DNA of 64,000 bases from Kiritimatiellia bacterium (GCA_016284515.1 JAEEOY010000290.1:1951-65950); one strand, 5' to 3'. Shown: positions 35,357 to 44,237, counted from the first letter of the stretch. Program-made: numbers and translations. Notes: generated by a model not told the origin, from the sequence alone.

Positions 35357-36439
35357 ATGAAAGCTAAAACGATAGTCGGACTGATGGCTTGCGCAGTGCT
35401 CGCTCCTGCGTTCGCTGATACAACGCCCATCGACAACAACAAACCGACCACCAACGATTGGTTCAGCACAAAAGTCGAGAACAGTGCGGTCTCTGCCACG
35501 TATGCGACGTGGGCTGCAACTTCTGCTCCTACTGTGGAAAGCGGCGCTTCCGTCATGGTGATTGATGCTGATGCTACCTCGCCCGCCACGCTGACGCCGA
35601 CAATCGCTGATGCGGATACGAAGGGATCTCTCGGAGTCGTGACGATCGCCTCGAAGGCGTATCTTGCTCCGAGCGCAGTGGCCGATCTTCCCTCCGCCAC
35701 AGCCCTTGGAAATGCGCAGGTCGGTTTTGCGGTTGCGACGGAATCGGAGACAACGAGCTTCTACGCGTACACGAAAACTTCCACCAGCGGAGTGTGGACA
35801 AAGCTCAAGGATGCCACTCCTCCTTCAGATGAGAGCGATACCGAATTTACGATTGTCCTCAACTACAATACGAGCAATGTGACTTTCATGGTCGGTTCGA
35901 CTCCGCTTGCCGTTGCGGTGGCTTCAGATGCGGGTGCAGTTAACGCGACCGAACTGTCATTCACGCCTGCCGCTGCGATGATTTCCGATGTTGCGGCAAT
36001 CGGCAGCGGCACGATCACTTCAATCGACGCCAAGTTCGAGAACGCGGTTGCGGTCAAGGGCGATACCAAGTATGCTACTATCGCTGATGCCTACAATGCG
36101 TCGGGCTCGGGCACTGTAAAGGTCTGGGATCCTGCAAACGGCGCTGCAGCTACGGAGCAGACGGCAGCGAATGGACTTTCCAAGGCTGAGTGCATGGCGC
36201 TCAACATTGCCGAGAACGCGGCAATTGCGCTTGAGCCAACTACGCAGGCCGATGACGGCAAGATTACGGTTAAGACTGTAGTCAACCCGGTGAACGATGT
36301 CACTGTTGGGTTCCAGGTTGTTAAGATCGCTGGAGAGGCGGCGGCGGATTCAACTTCCTATCCGGCGAACGCTATCAAGCTCCCCAAGACGACTGGACAG
36401 TACAGGATTCAGCCTACGATTGGTCCGAAGTCCAACTGA
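35357..36439 (+). CDS. exported Ala/Thr-rich protein, unknown family (P1 of four-gene operon)
   Basis: Signal peptide MKAKTIVGLMACAVLAPAFA. Strong SD. 360 aa. I recognise no motif. Confidence 0.65.
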   Translation: MKAKTIVGLMACAVLAPAFADTTPIDNNKPTTNDWFSTKVENSAVSATYATWAATSAPTVESGASVMVIDADATSPATLTPTIADADTKGSLGVVTIASKAYLAPSAVADLPSATALGNAQVGFAVATESETTSFYAYTKTSTSGVWTKLKDATPPSDESDTEFTIVLNYNTSNVTFMVGSTPLAVAVASDAGAVNATELSFTPAAAMISDVAAIGSGTITSIDAKFENAVAVKGDTKYATIADAYNASGSGTVKVWDPANGAAATEQTAANGLSKAECMALNIAENAAIALEPTTQADDGKITVKTVVNPVNDVTVGFQVVKIAGEAAADSTSYPANAIKLPKTTGQYRIQPTIGPKSN

Positions 36440-36477
36440 GTCCACATGAAACTCAAATTTAAGTAAGGAACCACAAA

Positions 36478-37185
36478 ATGAAAAAGACTATTGCTGCTCT
36501 TTTCGCGGTTGCCGCCACGGCGGCCTTCGCCGGCGCGAACGATCTGCTGATCATGTTCTCGACTCCCGGCGTTGACAAGTACGCCGACGGCACGACGGTT
36601 CTCGACGGCGAGTCGTATGCTCTCGTCTGGACGCCGACCGAGGGTGCGCAGGAGACGGTTCTCTCCGTTCCGCTCGCCAAGGACGGCAAGTGCCCGCCCG
36701 TTCTCTTCGTCGTCGACGAGAACGACGCGCCCAAGTACAAGGACGGAACATGGGGTGTCTTCCTCCTCGACTCTCGTGACTTCGCGAAGGACGCGACTGG
36801 CAAGACGCTCGCCGCGCTTGACGAGAGCGGCAAGCCGAGTGTTGTGAACGTGAAGGCGTCCGTTGCGGACGGACTCGCCAAGTCCAGCGGCTTCGCGAGC
36901 GCAGTCGCCTCGAAGGGCGTTTCCGCCGGAGAGTATGATCTCGAGGGGGCGAATGTTCCGAAGCCGGTCGTCGCCGGAATCAAGATTGTCGGCGCGAATG
37001 TAATCGTCACGGTCAAGAACACGGTTCCGTTTGTCGGCTATACGCTTCAGGCGGGCGATGATGTGTCGAACTTCGCGGTTCCCGATGGGGCTTCCACCGA
37101 GGCCGGCAGCGCGTCCAACGAGATCAACCTGGTCGCTCCCAAGAAGGACGGCGCCCAGTTCTTCAAGGTTTCCACAATCAAGTAA
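36478..37185 (+). CDS. exported protein, unknown family (P2)
   Basis: Signal peptide MKKTIAALFAVAATAAFAGA. 235 aa. Ends in ..FFKVSTIK. Confidence 0.65.
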   Translation: MKKTIAALFAVAATAAFAGANDLLIMFSTPGVDKYADGTTVLDGESYALVWTPTEGAQETVLSVPLAKDGKCPPVLFVVDENDAPKYKDGTWGVFLLDSRDFAKDATGKTLAALDESGKPSVVNVKASVADGLAKSSGFASAVASKGVSAGEYDLEGANVPKPVVAGIKIVGANVIVTVKNTVPFVGYTLQAGDDVSNFAVPDGASTEAGSASNEINLVAPKKDGAQFFKVSTIK

Positions 37186-37209
37186 GTAAATTCAAGGAGG
37201 TACTGAACG

Positions 37210-37941
37210 ATGAAAAGGCTCCTAATTGCGGCATTTGCCTCGCTGGCCTTCACTGCGCTGGCGGACGGTGAGAATACAAGCTACAGTCCTAATATCGGCG
37301 TAACCGAGATTTCTCCGACTCTGCAGAATACCATCATTCCTGTGAAGTTTACTTCTTTGGCTGGCGGTACTGAGAGAACGATTAAGGCTGTCGATCTGGT
37401 TCATCCTGTCGGCATCCCCTCCGGCACACAGCTCTATGTATTTGTAGATAACAAATACGAGGCGTTTGTTATGGGCACCAACGAATGGGCTCCGCTTACA
37501 ACGACATCTACCTCGGATCCTTCGCTCCATACGGCAGACATTGGACAGGTCGCGGTGGCAGGCACGGCCCTTTGGCTTGTGTTCCCGCAAGCCCCTGCGG
37601 GCACGCAGAAAGTCTACATATATGGAGAAGTTGTTGCCAACCCTACCTCTGCAATCACAGCGGGGGCAAAGGCTACTCCCGTTTCCAACCTTCTCTGTAA
37701 TCCGACAGATTCTGCGGTGGCGATAGGGGAAAAGCTTAGCGGCATTACGCTTGCCAAGGGAGACAAGATCATTCCTATAGGCGCTACTTTTGCCGGTGAG
37801 TATGTCTATTCGGGTTCCGTGTGGTGGCATGTGAATCCCAATGGCACGATCGACAAGGAGAATGTTACCTTGCCTAGTATTCCCGCTAATGGCGGATTTT
37901 GGTTTGTTTCCAAAGGCGGGACCGGGGCAATCAATTGGTGA
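37210..37941 (+). CDS. exported protein, unknown family (P3)
   Basis: AAGGAGG RBS at 37194-37200. Signal peptide MKRLLIAAFASLAFTALA. 243 aa. Ends in ..GTGAINW. Confidence 0.65.
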   Translation: MKRLLIAAFASLAFTALADGENTSYSPNIGVTEISPTLQNTIIPVKFTSLAGGTERTIKAVDLVHPVGIPSGTQLYVFVDNKYEAFVMGTNEWAPLTTTSTSDPSLHTADIGQVAVAGTALWLVFPQAPAGTQKVYIYGEVVANPTSAITAGAKATPVSNLLCNPTDSAVAIGEKLSGITLAKGDKIIPIGATFAGEYVYSGSVWWHVNPNGTIDKENVTLPSIPANGGFWFVSKGGTGAINW

Positions 37942-37982
37942 TTGTTGGATTGCAGTTGAATTCTTACTCAAAACTAAAACTA

Positions 37983-37991
37983 TGTTATAAT
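37983..37991 (+). promoter_or_regulatory. internal extended -10 promoter (TGtTATAAT) before the PEP-CTERM gene
   Basis: Exact TGnTATAAT in an AT-rich 60-nt spacer. ATG 38002 is 10 nt downstream. Confidence 0.45.
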
Positions 37992-38001
37992 AACTACACC
38001 T

Positions 38002-38445
38002 ATGAAAAAGACAATTTTTGCATTAGGTTTGATGGCCGCACTTGTGGCTAAAGCAGACTACCTTTATTGGATGGTGGATGATGCCGCGTCTAGTGACTAC
38101 AACTGGACTTCTGCGACGATCTATCAGGATACATCTCCTTTGGCGAGTGCGACATCCGATGACTTTGATGTTATTGGATATAGTACGGCCTCGCTAAATC
38201 CAGGATATGATGTGGCAACCTACTACATTGAGCTGTATAATGGGAGTACTCCTGTGGCAAAAGCTTCGCTGGGTTATAATGACATCAAGAACAATATTTT
38301 CACGGACAACTCTATGGGGATTCCCACAAGAATGCCGTTTGTTGCTCCTGCAGGTTCCTTCCAGGCGGTTCCTGAGCCGACGAGTGGGCTGTTGTTCCTC
38401 GTGGGTGGAATGCTTCTCGGGCTGCGGCGCAAGCGCCGCGTCTGA
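38002..38445 (+). CDS. small exported PEP-CTERM protein (P4)
   Basis: Signal peptide MKKTIFALGLMAALVAKA. C-terminal VPEPTSGLLFLVGGMLLGLRRKRRV (38368-38442) is the PEP motif, a TM helix and a basic tail, i.e. an exosortase sorting signal. Confidence 0.85.
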   Translation: MKKTIFALGLMAALVAKADYLYWMVDDAASSDYNWTSATIYQDTSPLASATSDDFDVIGYSTASLNPGYDVATYYIELYNGSTPVAKASLGYNDIKNNIFTDNSMGIPTRMPFVAPAGSFQAVPEPTSGLLFLVGGMLLGLRRKRRV

Positions 38446-38475
38446 GCGTGGTTTGGTGTTCATTGTGTGTGCAAA

Positions 38476-38508
38476 CGGCCGGGGGAAACCTCGGCCGATT
38501 TGCTTTTG
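38476..38508 (+). terminator. rho-independent terminator of the four-gene operon
   Basis: 9-bp stem CGGCCGGGG/CCTCGGCCG with a GAAA tetraloop, followed by ATTTGCTTTTG. Confidence 0.7.
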
Positions 38509-38621
38509 TGGCAACTAGCGCGTACATCGAGCGGATGTGAACGAGAATTACCTCGCGAGGTGCCCCATGTCTGCCGCAAGTCGCTAGTTGGATGTGGCGC
38601 CGTGCAGAGGCGCGGCGGATA

Positions 38622-38630
38622 TGGTATAAT
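38622..38630 (+). promoter_or_regulatory. extended -10 promoter (TGGTATAAT), leaderless-type
   Basis: ATG 38638 is 7 nt downstream and there is no SD. Confidence 0.55.
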
Positions 38631-38637
38631 TCTCACA

Positions 38638-38931
38638 ATGGGATATCTGACAGAGACGGCGGAGGGAGTGATCCTCAATGTGCGCGCGCAGCCGCGTTCC
38701 TCGAAGGCGGGGATCGACGGGCTTCTCGGCGACGCGGTGAAGGTGCGCATAAAGTGCGCGCCGGTGGACGGCAAGGCCAACAAGGAGCTTGTGGAGACGC
38801 TGGCCGACGAGTTCGGCATAGCGAAGTCGTCCGTCGTCTTCAAGAGCGGCGAGACTTCGAAGCAGAAGCGGCTGCTCCTGCGCGGCGTATCCGCCGCGGA
38901 CGTGGAGAGGAAGCTTAAGGGGGAAATATGA
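38638..38931 (+). CDS. yggU: DUF167/YggU-family protein (UPF0235)
   Basis: GVILNVRAQPRSSKAGIDG..VKVRIKCAPVDGKANKELVETLADEFGIAKSSV is the typical YggU pattern. The track ORF 38467 is over-extended at its 5' end. Confidence 0.85.
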   Translation: MGYLTETAEGVILNVRAQPRSSKAGIDGLLGDAVKVRIKCAPVDGKANKELVETLADEFGIAKSSVVFKSGETSKQKRLLLRGVSAADVERKLKGEI

Positions 38932-40280
38932 CAGAAAACGCAGATTCCGTGAAGCCGAGTGGCTTCGCGCTTATTCCGTTTGCCGTGTTCGCGGCGTTCT
39001 ACGTCGGGCTTTCGCTCTATGCCGACCACCTTGGCTTCGAGATGCCCTGGTACAAGGTCTCGATGCCAGTCGCGTTCGTCGTTGCGTCCGCAGTTTCCCT
39101 CATCATCGGACGCCGCCGCACGCTCGACGAGAAGGTCGAGATATATGCGCGCGGCATGGGCGAGCCGAACATCATGATCATGTGCCTCATCTTCATCCTC
39201 GCCGGAGCGTTCGCGACCATCGCGAAGGGCTCGGGGGCCGTGGATGCCGCGGTGACGATCGCGCAGTCGCTCGTCCCCGCGAAGCTCATGGTCGCAGGCG
39301 TATTCCTCGTCTCGTGCCTCATCTCGCTCGCGATCGGCACGTCGTGCGGCACAATCGCCGCGGTGACGCCCATCGCGCTCGGATTCGCCGGTCCGCTCCA
39401 GCTCAATCCTGCGCTCCTCATGGGCGCGGTAGTGGGAGGCGCGATGTTCGGCGACAACCTGTCGATGATATCCGACACAACGATCGCCGCGACGCGCACG
39501 CAGGGCGTGAGGATGAGGGACAAGTTCCTCGCCAACGGGCTTATAGCGTCCCCTGCCGCTCTCGTCGCGCTGTTCCTCTACGCGATGTCCGGCTCCGCCG
39601 CCGGCGTTGTCGAGGCGCCGGCGGTCACGTGGCAGCACGTGGTGCTCATCATGCCGTACGTGCTGGTCCTTGCTCTCGCCCTCGCCGGGTTCAACGTGAT
39701 GGCGCTGCTCTTCTCCGGAACGGTGCTCTCGGCGGTGATAGGCGGCGCGTTCGGCAAGTTCGCGTTCTTCGACGCGATGGACCTTCTCGGCAAGGGCACT
39801 CTCGGCATGGGCGAGACGCTCATCGTCGCGCTTCTCGCGGGAGGGCTTTTCAGGTCCGTGCAGGCGAACGGCGGCGTACTGTGGCTCACGGACAGAATCG
39901 CGAAGGTCATCCGCGGACCTCGCACGTGCGAGCTCGGCGTGTTTTTCCTTGTTGCGGCGGTAAACTGCTTCACGGCGAACAACACCGTCGCGATCGTGAT
40001 CGCGGGTCCGATTGCGAAGGAGTGCGCGGATAAGTTCAAGGCGGAGCCGGTGCGCATCGCGTCCGTCCTTGACACAGCGTCGTGCGTCGTGCAGGGTCTC
40101 ATCCCCTACGGCGCGCAGATACTTATCGCCATGGGCGTTGCGAAGGGGCTCGACATGAGGGTCGACTCGCTTGCGCTTCTCAAGTGCCTCTACTACCAGC
40201 CTCTCCTGGCGCTTGTGGTCTTTGCGTCGATGGTGTTCTCTGGACGCCGCTTCAAGTCTCCGATCCCGCACGCCAGCTGA
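38928..40280 (+). CDS. nhaC: Na+/H+ antiporter NhaC-family membrane transporter
   Basis: ATGA start/stop overlap with yggU. Polytopic. IGTSCGTIAAVTPIALG and GDNLSMISDTTI resemble NhaC-family conserved segments. Confidence 0.65.
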   Translation: MTENADSVKPSGFALIPFAVFAAFYVGLSLYADHLGFEMPWYKVSMPVAFVVASAVSLIIGRRRTLDEKVEIYARGMGEPNIMIMCLIFILAGAFATIAKGSGAVDAAVTIAQSLVPAKLMVAGVFLVSCLISLAIGTSCGTIAAVTPIALGFAGPLQLNPALLMGAVVGGAMFGDNLSMISDTTIAATRTQGVRMRDKFLANGLIASPAALVALFLYAMSGSAAGVVEAPAVTWQHVVLIMPYVLVLALALAGFNVMALLFSGTVLSAVIGGAFGKFAFFDAMDLLGKGTLGMGETLIVALLAGGLFRSVQANGGVLWLTDRIAKVIRGPRTCELGVFFLVAAVNCFTANNTVAIVIAGPIAKECADKFKAEPVRIASVLDTASCVVQGLIPYGAQILIAMGVAKGLDMRVDSLALLKCLYYQPLLALVVFASMVFSGRRFKSPIPHAS

Positions 40281-40287
40281 GCGCCGC

Positions 40288-41718
40288 ATGAAGAATTCCG
40301 AATCAATCGCTAAAGAGCCGCTTCCCGCGGACGAGATCGGCAGGGGTTCCAGGCGCGTATGCGTGCGCATTCCGGGGACGGACCTCTGCATGAAGCGCTA
40401 CCGCGACGACGACGCTGTCGGCGCGACGGTGCGGCGCGAAATCGCGCGCTGCCGCCACGACAGGCGGCGCAACACGTGCGCGCAGGAGTACGACTACCTC
40501 CAGGTGCTGAAGACCTCGCTGCCCGCGGACGTGCTGGCCGTTTTTCCCGAAACGTTCGAGCTGAGGCACGACGACGCGGCTGGGTGGCATCTTGTGGAGA
40601 GCCTGGTGCTGAACGGGGACGGATCGGTTCCGGATCGCTTCTCGCGCACCTACCGCGCCGCGACGCCGCGCGTGCGTCAGCTTCTCTACGCCGCGTTCCG
40701 CAACCTCATGCACGCGTTCGAGGCCGCGGCGGTGAAGTTCTACGATCCGCAGAACGTAATCGTGCAGTGGCCGGGGAAGCCGCAGGAGGGCGAGGAGTTC
40801 AGGCTCAGGATCGTCGACTTCGAGCCAGCGTCGCGCACGCTGCTTCCGGTCGATTCCCTGTTCCCATTCCTGCGCCGCATGAAGCTTCGGCGGCGCGTGA
40901 CTCGCTATCTGTGGCAGCACGTCGCCGCGAAGTACAATCCGCTGCCGTGGCGCGAGCGCGCCGCGTGGGACGCGCACGTGGCGGAGGAGGGCGCGAAGAT
41001 GGGTCTTACGGGACTCAGGGCTTTCCTCGAGAACAAGCTCGTGAACGACATTTTCTACGAGGGGCTCTTCAACGGGCGGCCCTGCGTCGTGAAGTGCTCC
41101 TCGCGCGCGCCGGAGTCGATCGGGAACGAATACGAGCTCGCCTCGCGGTTGCATGCGCGCGATCCGATTCACTTTCCGGAGGTGTTCGCGGTGTGCCGCG
41201 GTCCGATGGCGTTCGTCGTGACGGAGAAGATCGGGGGAGGGCGGACCCTTGCCGACGAGCCTGCGGGGTCGCACGAGGAGGACGCGCTGGCGATTCTGGA
41301 CGCGCTCTACGCGGAGCGCGTGGTGTACCGCGACATACTGCCGGCGAACTTTCTGGTGGGGCCTGACGGACATCTGAAGCTCATAGACTTCCAGTTCGCT
41401 GTGGACATGGAAACGAAGCGGATCGACCCGTGGCTTGCGCGGCGTCCGGAATACCACTTCCTTGTCTTTGCCGCAGGTGTCGGGAAGGGGTTTGCGTGGT
41501 GGGACGACGCGTCGTTCCTCGGTTTTCTTGTCCCGGCGCTGCGTCCGGCGGTCGCTTCCCGCATCGGACGCCTGAGGCTCGAGCTGCCGTTCTCTCCGCT
41601 TGTGCGGCTGAGGCTGGCGATCGTTGTCCTCTCCATGCGCGTCAGGCGGGCATTTGCGAAGGAGGGGTCGCGCAGGCGGCTCGCGCTTGACCGCAGGCTG
41701 GAGCGGCTTCGCACATAG
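40288..41718 (+). CDS. tandem protein-kinase-like-fold protein (YrbL-like N-terminal half plus kinase-like C-terminal half)
   Basis: ATG 40288 (track ORF 40171 over-extended). N-terminal half: GRGSRRVCVRIPGTDLCMKRY, YDPQNVIV, RIVDFE. C-terminal half: PCVVKCS, VVYRDILPANFLV, LKLIDFQFA (catalytic-loop-like and DFG-like). Confidence 0.55.
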   Translation: MKNSESIAKEPLPADEIGRGSRRVCVRIPGTDLCMKRYRDDDAVGATVRREIARCRHDRRRNTCAQEYDYLQVLKTSLPADVLAVFPETFELRHDDAAGWHLVESLVLNGDGSVPDRFSRTYRAATPRVRQLLYAAFRNLMHAFEAAAVKFYDPQNVIVQWPGKPQEGEEFRLRIVDFEPASRTLLPVDSLFPFLRRMKLRRRVTRYLWQHVAAKYNPLPWRERAAWDAHVAEEGAKMGLTGLRAFLENKLVNDIFYEGLFNGRPCVVKCSSRAPESIGNEYELASRLHARDPIHFPEVFAVCRGPMAFVVTEKIGGGRTLADEPAGSHEEDALAILDALYAERVVYRDILPANFLVGPDGHLKLIDFQFAVDMETKRIDPWLARRPEYHFLVFAAGVGKGFAWWDDASFLGFLVPALRPAVASRIGRLRLELPFSPLVRLRLAIVVLSMRVRRAFAKEGSRRRLALDRRLERLRT

Positions 41719-41727
41719 GGCGGAGGC

Positions 41728-41761
41728 AAAAAAAGGAGCCGCGGCGCATTCGCCGCGGCTC
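41728..41761 (-). terminator. rho-independent terminator between convergent genes
   Basis: 11-bp stem GAGCCGCGGCG/CGCCGCGGCTC with loop CATT. On the minus strand it is followed by C plus T7 (A-run 41728-41734). Confidence 0.8.
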
Positions 41762-41790
41762 GCTGCCTTTCCGTCAGCTTCTCGTCCGTC

Positions 41791-42147
41791 TTACTTGACG
41801 GTGATGACGGAGTTGAACGTGCCCTGGTCGTTCTTGATCGCGTTCACGTTCTCGGGATCGGCGCACCACGTGCCGTCGATCACGAACTTGTACTGGTACT
41901 CGCCCGGAGCGAGCTGCACAGTCGCGGAGTAGACGCCAGCCTTGTAGGCCATCTTCTTGGCGGTGGTGCTCCACTCGTTGAACGATCCGGCGAGGTACAC
42001 CTCTTTGCCCTTATCGGCATTGACGGTGAACGTAACCGACTTCTTGGCGGGCGCGGCCGCCTTCTTGGCGACAGCCTTCGCCGGCGCCTTCTTAGCGACG
42101 ACCTTGACGGTCTCGCACTGCTTCTTGCTGGTGGTCTTGATCTTCAT
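41791..42147 (-). CDS. CBM48/AMPK-beta glycogen-binding-type domain protein with Lys/Ala-rich (histone H1-like) N-terminus
   Basis: VTFTVNADKGKEVYLAGSFNEWS..YKAGVYSATVQLAPGEYQYKFVIDGTWCADPEN is the CBM48 pattern. N-terminus VAKKAPAKAVAKKAAAPAKK. Confidence 0.75.
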   Translation of the reverse strand: MKIKTTSKKQCETVKVVAKKAPAKAVAKKAAAPAKKSVTFTVNADKGKEVYLAGSFNEWSTTAKKMAYKAGVYSATVQLAPGEYQYKFVIDGTWCADPENVNAIKNDQGTFNSVITVK

Positions 42148-42285
42148 GTGTGTTGTCCTTTCATCTGTCTCCTTGGAAGGCGCCTCTTTGTTGCTTCATC
42201 GTCTCCGCAGAGCCTATTTTGAATGAACGGGCGTATAGTATCTCATATTTTTTCAGAAAGTCAATGGGAAACTTTGCATTTTTTT

Positions 42286-42294
42286 TGGTATAAT
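42286..42294 (+). promoter_or_regulatory. extended -10 promoter (TGGTATAAT) after a T-tract
   Basis: Exact TGnTATAAT. 48-nt leader to ATG 42343. Confidence 0.5.
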
Positions 42295-42342
42295 CTTCTG
42301 CGCTGGCCCTTTAAAGGCGAAAGAAGGGGTCGCGAACGCGAT

Positions 42343-42630
42343 ATGAAAGAAGGATTCAAAGACAAGGTTGCGAAGTTCTGCACCATCGCGCTGCTGGTCG
42401 TGATTGGCGCAGGCGGTGCGGTCTCGGTGTGGCCGACGTATCTCCGCGGTAGGAGCCTCAAGCTCCAGGACGCGGAGCTGACGCGGCGCATAGAGGAGAA
42501 GAAGCGCGAGATCGAGAAGCTCAAGGAGAACCAGCGCCGCTTCAAGACCGACCGCGACTACGTGGAGCAGATTGCGCGCAAGAACGGCCGTGTGTTCCCG
42601 GGCGAGCTCGTCTTCAAGTTCGAAGACTGA
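42343..42630 (+). CDS. septum formation initiator (FtsB/DivIC family)-like protein
   Basis: 95 aa. One N-terminal TM (FCTIALLVVIGAGGAVSVW), then a coiled coil (LQDAELTRRIEEKKREIEKLKENQRRFKTDRDYVEQIAR). Confidence 0.6.
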   Translation: MKEGFKDKVAKFCTIALLVVIGAGGAVSVWPTYLRGRSLKLQDAELTRRIEEKKREIEKLKENQRRFKTDRDYVEQIARKNGRVFPGELVFKFED

Positions 42631-42633
42631 AAA

Positions 42634-43356
42634 ATGGCGAACTTCCTGAGGCTGCTCATAGGGGTCGCGCTCGTTCCCGCGTGCTGGGGTGTAACCCGCG
42701 CGTTCGTTGACTCCGTTGTCGTGGCGGGCGGTTCGGAGGGCGTGAGCGTCGAGGCGCTTTCGCTGCTTGGCGGGCTATTCGCCTTCGCGCTGTGCTGGCT
42801 GGCGCTGTCGCATCCCGTGCGCGCGTACGTCTTCGGACACGAGCTGACGCACGCGATCTGGGGCATCGCGTTCGGCGCGATGCCGTCGAAGCTTCGCGTG
42901 TCGAAGTCCGGCGGAAGCGTAAACCTCACGAAGTCGAACATGCTCATCACGCTCGCGCCGTACTTCTTCCCGTTCTACACCTTCCTCGTCGGGGTGGCGG
43001 CGCTCGCAGTGCTCGCGTTCGTGCGTCCGCTTCCGTGGCTTCCGCTCTGGATGTTCCTCATCGGCTTCACCTGGTCGTTCCACATCCTCTTCACGATAGA
43101 CTCGCTCGCGCGCGAGCAGCCGGACGTGGAGCTGTACGGACGAGTCTTCTCGTGGGTGTTCATCTTCCTTGCCAACGTGGCGCTTGTGCTCGTCTGGCTC
43201 GCGGCTGTTACGCCGCTTTCGTTCCGCGAACTCGGCGCGTCCCTCTGCGGACGCGTCTCGTCCGCATACATCGGCGTTGGCACGGCGCTTGCCGCGGCCG
43301 CGGAGTGGATCCGCGGCGCATTTGCCGCGCGCACCGCCACAGCAGGAGCAGCATGA
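42634..43356 (+). CDS. polytopic membrane protein with HExxH motif (DUF3267/zincin-like)
   Basis: YVFGHELTHAIWG lies next to a TM segment. About 6 hydrophobic helices. Confidence 0.5.
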   Translation: MANFLRLLIGVALVPACWGVTRAFVDSVVVAGGSEGVSVEALSLLGGLFAFALCWLALSHPVRAYVFGHELTHAIWGIAFGAMPSKLRVSKSGGSVNLTKSNMLITLAPYFFPFYTFLVGVAALAVLAFVRPLPWLPLWMFLIGFTWSFHILFTIDSLAREQPDVELYGRVFSWVFIFLANVALVLVWLAAVTPLSFRELGASLCGRVSSAYIGVGTALAAAAEWIRGAFAARTATAGAA

Positions 43357-43357
43357 A

Positions 43358-44104
43358 ATGCATCCGGACCTGATAGACCTCGGTTTCCTCCACCTCAAGA
43401 CGTACGGCGCGTGCATGGCCGTGGGCTTCATCCTGTGCTGGACGCTCATCGAGCGGCTTTCCGGACGCAAGGACCTCTCGAACTTCATACTTTCGCTTAT
43501 GCTCTCCGGCGTGGTCGGAAGCCGCATTGCGTACGTGATCGAGCACTGGCAGAGCGAGTTCGCCGCGCGTCCGCTGGACGTGGTGAGGGTAGACCAGGGC
43601 GGACTCATGTTCTACGGCGGGCTTATACTGTCCGTCGTCGTGTTCTTCGCGTGGTGCCGGTGGAAGAAGGAGAGTCCGCTGGCGCTTGCGGACCTCTTCT
43701 GCACGGTGATCCCCCTCGGGCATGCGTGCGGGCGGATAGGGTGCTTCTTCTACGGATGCTGCTACGGACGCGACTCGGACGCCTGGTGCGCGGTCGTGTT
43801 TCCGAAGTTCTCCCCGAGCTGGTACGAGCACGGGCAGCGGATGGTGTCCGTCCTGCCGACGCAGCTTTTCGAGGCTGCGGCGCTCCTTGTCCTCTTCGCG
43901 GTTCTGCTGGCGCTCTACCTGCGCTTCAGGCGCGGCACATGCGCCGCGTATCTCATCGGCTACGGGGTCATACGCTTCTGCCTTGAGTTCGCGAGGGGCG
44001 ATCCGCGCGCCGCCTTCTGGGGGCTTAGCATCGGACAGGTCATCTCGATTGGGCTCATCCTGGCGGGTCTTGCGCTTCTCTGGCGCTCCGCGCATAGCAA
44101 GTGA
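43358..44104 (+). CDS. lgt: prolipoprotein diacylglyceryl transferase
   Basis: ATG 43358 gives MHPDLIDLGFLHLKTYGACMAVGF. Also MFYGGLI, GRIGCFFYGCCYGR and PTQLFEA. The track ORF 43169 is over-extended. Confidence 0.85.
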   Translation: MHPDLIDLGFLHLKTYGACMAVGFILCWTLIERLSGRKDLSNFILSLMLSGVVGSRIAYVIEHWQSEFAARPLDVVRVDQGGLMFYGGLILSVVVFFAWCRWKKESPLALADLFCTVIPLGHACGRIGCFFYGCCYGRDSDAWCAVVFPKFSPSWYEHGQRMVSVLPTQLFEAAALLVLFAVLLALYLRFRRGTCAAYLIGYGVIRFCLEFARGDPRAAFWGLSIGQVISIGLILAGLALLWRSAHSK

Positions 44105-44142
44105 ATGAACCAAGGAGATGCGGCGTCCCGCCGCGTCATGAT

Positions 44143-44170
44143 GGCGGAGCTGGAAGCTCCGCCTTCTTGT
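44143..44170 (+). terminator. rho-independent terminator after lgt
   Basis: 9-bp stem GGCGGAGCT/AGCTCCGCC with loop GGA, followed by TTCTTGT. Confidence 0.55.
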
Positions 44171-44228
44171 GAGAGGGCGCGGAAAGGGCTGAAAATGCCA
44201 AGTCCCCCTTGATTTTCCCACGTTTTTT

Positions 44229-44237
44229 TGATATACT
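44229..44237 (+). promoter_or_regulatory. extended -10 promoter (TGaTATACT) of fba
   Basis: Preceded by T7. The leader contains the inverted repeat TTTCCC-gaaaata-GGGAAA (44247-44265). AAGGAG RBS at 44272-44277. Confidence 0.5.

Noticed and set aside
38460-40391. 643-aa minus-strand ORF
   Set aside because: It is antisense to yggU and the NhaC-like transporter. The composition is dominated by Arg/Glu/Asp/His.
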